From a bacterium (GTDB lineage Bacteria > Electryoneota > Electryoneia > Electryoneales > Electryoneaceae), in the NCBI GenBank assembly GCA_043801585.1, contig JAZDLX010000182.1, forward strand, positions 1 to 17,900: 17,900 bases of DNA, given 5' to 3'. The stretch's first letter is position 1; each line of letters starts with the position of its first letter. Below are positions 14,521-17,900 of this stretch, piece by piece. Made by a program: the position numbers and the translations under genes. The notes below the pieces were generated by a model that was not told the DNA's origin, made no database searches, and worked only from the letters and a program-made list of their open reading frames with translations.

Positions 14521-17187
14521 GTGGACATCCCGAAGACGTACGAACCGAAAGAAGCCGAAGAGCGTTGGAAGAACTGGTGGTTGGAGAAGGGATTTTTCAA
14601 GACATCCCCCAACCTCGAGAAGAAGCCGTATGTGATCATGATGCCGCCTCCCAACGTGACGGGCGTTCTCCACATGGGCCACGCACTTCAGGACACGGTT
14701 CAGGACACGTTGATCCGTTACCACCGCATGCGCGGATATGAAGCCCATTGGCAGGCAGGCAAGGATCACGCCGGCATCGCGACGCAAACCGTTGTTGAAC
14801 GTGAAATGGCTCAGAACGGCGAGCCGGATCGCCGTACCAGCGGACGCGAAAAATTTGTTGAGAAAGTCTGGGAGTTCGTCGAGAAGAATCGCAATACGAT
14901 CACCATGCAGAAAGCCAGCCTCGGCGACAGTGCCGACTGGTCACGGGAACGGTTCACCCTCGACGACGGGCTCTCCAATGCTGTCCGCGAAGTCTTCGTC
15001 AGGCTCTACGAAGAGGGGCTGCTCTACCGCGGACCCTACATCGTCAACTGGTCGCCCATGCTGCAGTCGGCCATCTCCGACGAGGAGGTGGAGCACAAGG
15101 AGGAGGAGGGCAGCCTCTGGTACATTCGCTATCCGGGCATGGATGGTTCCGAGGGGGTCGTTGTGGCGACCACCCGCCCGGAGACGATGCTTGGCGATAC
15201 AGCGGTGATGGTCCATCCGGACGACGAACGTTTTTCCCACCTGATCGGCAACGAAGTCGAGTTGCCGCTCACCGGGCGGACGATTCCTGTCATTGCCGAT
15301 GAATACGTAGACCGTGAGTTTGGAACCGGTGCGGTCAAAGTTACTCCGGCGCACGATCCCAACGACTTCATCGTCGGCAAGAAACACGGCCTCGAGATGC
15401 CGATCATTCTCGACACCGAGGCGAGAATTCAGGCGCCCGCTCCCGAGAAGTACATCGGCATGGACCGTTTCAAAGCACGTGAAGCGGTTGTCAAGGATCT
15501 TGAGGAACTCGGTCTGCTGGTCAAGACCGAACCCTTCGTTCACAGCGTCGGCTACTGCCATCGGACCAAAGTGCCCATCGAGCCCTACCTTTCGACTCAG
15601 TGGTTTCTGAAGATGAAGCCCCTTGCGGAACCTGCGATCGAGGCGGTGAAAAACGGCACGGTCAAATTCGCCCCGCCACGTTGGGCGAATGTCTATTTCC
15701 AGTGGATGGAGAACATCCGCGACTGGTGTGTCAGCCGTCAGCTCTGGTGGGGCCACCGCATCCCGGTCTGGTATTGCGACGACTGCGGCGAGATGACGGT
15801 GGCACGCACCGATCCCACGCAGTGTTCTCATTGTGGGTCGAAGAACATCCATCAGGACGAGGATGTGCTCGACACCTGGTTCTCGAGCTGGCTGTGGACT
15901 TTCAGCACCCTCGGGTGGCCGGACGAAAAGGAGTGGAGGGAGAACCGGTACTACCATCCGACCGATGTGCTGGTTTCCGCCTATGACATCATCTTCTTCT
16001 GGATTGCGCGGATGATCATGGCGACTCTTCACTTCACCGGTGAGGTCCCGTTCCGCACAGTCTATGTCACGGGGATGATCCGTGACAAGTTCGGCCGCTG
16101 GATGAGCAAGTCCCTCGGCAACGGCATCGACCCCCTCGAAATGATCGATCAGTGGGGGGCGGACGCGGTCCGTTACAGCCTCACCGTTCTCAACAGCCCG
16201 GGCGAGGACATCCGTCTTGATCCGAGCCGTTTCGAGATGGGGCGGAATTTTGCCAACAAGCTCTGGAACAGCTTCCGTTTCCTCGCAAACCGTAACCTGA
16301 CAGGAGTCGCCGAAGCAAAGATCGAAGCGAAGACTCTCGAGGATCGCTGGATCCTCCAGCGCTTCTACGTGATGCGCCGCGAGGTGGAGACGAAAGTGGT
16401 GGATTTCCGTCTCGATGATGCGCTGCTGGCGATCTACCGTTTTCTCTGGAACGAGTACTGCGACTGGTACATCGAGGCGATCAAACCACGTCTGAACGAT
16501 GATGTGGACTCCGGTGAACGTGCGGCGACACTCCATTACGCCATCGAGATTCTGAACTGGGCGCTGCACATGCTGCACCCGTTCATGCCCTTCATCACCG
16601 AAGAAATTTACCAGACCCTGCGCCAGGCGCTGGGAGAGAGCTGGTCAGCACCACGCGCCGAATCGATCTCGATATCCCAGATTCCTGAACTCGGCGAAGC
16701 CTCGAAAGATGATGAAGCCGTCGATGAATTCGGCTACCTGATGGAACTGATCGGGGCGATCCGCAACGTTCGCGGAGAACTGCTGGTTCCGCCCACGGCG
16801 AAGGCAACCATCGCCATCCACAAGGGCGAATCCCGCGAGGCGCTGATCCGCCGTGAGTGGACCACCGTATCCCGTCTCGCGAGATTGGATGGGGAGGGAC
16901 CGGTGGTCGTCTCAGCCAAGCCGAAGGTCTCCTCGACGGCGCTGGTCGAGGGGCGCGAGGTGTATGTCCCGCTCGAGGGATTGATCGATCTGAACGCGGA
17001 AAAGGATCGCCTCGCCAAGGAGATCGGCAAGCTCGAAAGCGCGGTGAAGGGCGTGCAGGCGAAGCTGGCCAACGAAAAGTTTGTCTCCAACGCCCCGGCG
17101 GAAGTCGTCGCCAAGGAGCGAGAGAAACAGGAAGCCTGGCAGGCGGACCTGGAGAAATTGAAGAATAACCTGACGAGTTTGATGTAG
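14521..17187 (+). CDS. valS: Valine--tRNA ligase
   Basis: PPPNVTG.LHMGH (HIGH), DHAGIATQ, ATTRPET, FGTGAVKVTPAHDPND, DWCVSRQLWWGHRIP, DVLDTWFSS, MSKS.GNG.DP, C-terminal coiled coil KL.N..FV..AP. Likely start GTG 14521 (alternative ATG 14461). Confidence 0.97.
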   Translation: MDIPKTYEPKEAEERWKNWWLEKGFFKTSPNLEKKPYVIMMPPPNVTGVLHMGHALQDTVQDTLIRYHRMRGYEAHWQAGKDHAGIATQTVVEREMAQNGEPDRRTSGREKFVEKVWEFVEKNRNTITMQKASLGDSADWSRERFTLDDGLSNAVREVFVRLYEEGLLYRGPYIVNWSPMLQSAISDEEVEHKEEEGSLWYIRYPGMDGSEGVVVATTRPETMLGDTAVMVHPDDERFSHLIGNEVELPLTGRTIPVIADEYVDREFGTGAVKVTPAHDPNDFIVGKKHGLEMPIILDTEARIQAPAPEKYIGMDRFKAREAVVKDLEELGLLVKTEPFVHSVGYCHRTKVPIEPYLSTQWFLKMKPLAEPAIEAVKNGTVKFAPPRWANVYFQWMENIRDWCVSRQLWWGHRIPVWYCDDCGEMTVARTDPTQCSHCGSKNIHQDEDVLDTWFSSWLWTFSTLGWPDEKEWRENRYYHPTDVLVSAYDIIFFWIARMIMATLHFTGEVPFRTVYVTGMIRDKFGRWMSKSLGNGIDPLEMIDQWGADAVRYSLTVLNSPGEDIRLDPSRFEMGRNFANKLWNSFRFLANRNLTGVAEAKIEAKTLEDRWILQRFYVMRREVETKVVDFRLDDALLAIYRFLWNEYCDWYIEAIKPRLNDDVDSGERAATLHYAIEILNWALHMLHPFMPFITEEIYQTLRQALGESWSAPRAESISISQIPELGEASKDDEAVDEFGYLMELIGAIRNVRGELLVPPTAKATIAIHKGESREALIRREWTTVSRLARLDGEGPVVVSAKPKVSSTALVEGREVYVPLEGLIDLNAEKDRLAKEIGKLESAVKGVQAKLANEKFVSNAPAEVVAKEREKQEAWQADLEKLKNNLTSLM

Positions 17188-17210
17188 TCGCCTTGATCCC
17201 GTAAACCCAC

Positions 17211-17242
17211 AGCCCGGATTCTTGAATCCGGGTTTCTTTTTT
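17211..17242 (+). terminator. Intrinsic terminator after valS
   Basis: AGCCCGGATT-CTTG-AATCCGGGTT followed by TCTTTTTT. Confidence 0.8.
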
Positions 17243-17386
17243 GTCATTCGGAACAAAGTGCCTGTCCCGATCCGTCGGGAAAGGAACTCTCGATGTGAGG
17301 ACTTGTGTGATATGCTCGCTCACGTCGAGAGATGCTTCATCCGCCGTTTGGCTGATAGGCTCGCCAATCGGCGGTTTCAGCATGAC
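17243..17386. repeat. GTCA-tagged palindromic REP-like doublet (family A, copy 2)
   Basis: GTCATTCGGAA...TTCAGCATGAC termini. Hairpins TCCCGA-TCCG-TCGGGA, CTCTCGATGTGAG...CTCACGTCGAGAG and CCGCCG...CGGCGG. Right half AGATGCTTCATCCGCCG...GGCGGTTTCAGCATGAC matches copy 1. Confidence 0.75.
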
Positions 17387-17505
17387 TGATAAAACCATTA
17401 AGAAGCGAGCCCGGACAGAGCAGGTCGGGTTTTCTCCCTGCACATCTTCGTATTTTCGGGCGACCAACTGGACCGGACCGTTTGGCCAACCGGCGAAAGG
17501 AAGGA

Positions 17506-17900
17506 ATGAAAGACGTCCTGCACAGCGAACGCCTGCGCCTGACAGCGCTGAATGCCAGCGATGCGGTAGCTATCGCTCCATGGTTTGAGCGTGATGAGTT
17601 CGCCCGTTTCTATGACACCTACCCTGCGATTCCACTCTCCGCGAAGGACATCGCGAAAACCATCGAGGAATACAACGAGGACGACGAGAAGCTGATGCTC
17701 GGCCTCCGGATGATCGAGGACGACCGGCTGATCGGTCTCGTTGGATTCACCGAACTGCTCTGGTCGAACCAGGTGGGGACGATCTTTGTCGGCCTCGGCG
17801 ACTCAAGCCTGCGAGGCAAGGGGTACGCCAGCGAAGCGGTGCGGCTGGTGATCGAATACTCGTTCTCAGAACTCAACCTGCACCGCCTCCAGCTCTATGT
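17506..17900 (+). CDS. GNAT N-acetyltransferase, RimJ/RimL family (3' truncated by window)
   Basis: Not in the ORF track because it has no stop. Reads MKDVLHSERLRLTAL...RLIGLVGF...IFVGLGD..LRGKGYASEAVRLVIEYSFSELNLHRLQLY. RBS AAGGAAGG. Confidence 0.88.
   Translation, partial: MKDVLHSERLRLTALNASDAVAIAPWFERDEFARFYDTYPAIPLSAKDIAKTIEEYNEDDEKLMLGLRMIEDDRLIGLVGFTELLWSNQVGTIFVGLGDSSLRGKGYASEAVRLVIEYSFSELNLHRLQLY

Overview
GC-rich bacterial chromosomal window, probably a Gram-negative FCB-group-like lineage (inference from gene style only). Genes in order: the 3' end of a TPR protein gene; a Na+-translocating methylmalonyl-CoA decarboxylase-type cluster (carboxyltransferase, OadG/MmdD, biotin carrier, OadB/MmdB) interrupted by a secreted alpha/beta hydrolase; three minus-strand genes (CoA-binding protein, small membrane protein, outer-membrane beta-barrel); mutS2; a CpoB/YbgF-like TPR protein; an M23 peptidase; a REP-associated HUH/Y1 tyrosine transposase (RAYT-like) bracketed by two near-identical long hairpins; valS; and a partial RimJ/RimL GNAT. 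The most interesting signal is intergenic. At least three families of palindromic REP-like elements sit just downstream of genes, and several are followed by a degenerate second copy of the upstream gene's 3' end or terminator (22/23 nt for mmdA; 11/12 plus 11/13 nt for the TPR gene). This suggests repeated insertion at gene ends that displaces the old 3' end. All calls come from reading the sequence and motifs by eye; no searches were run.
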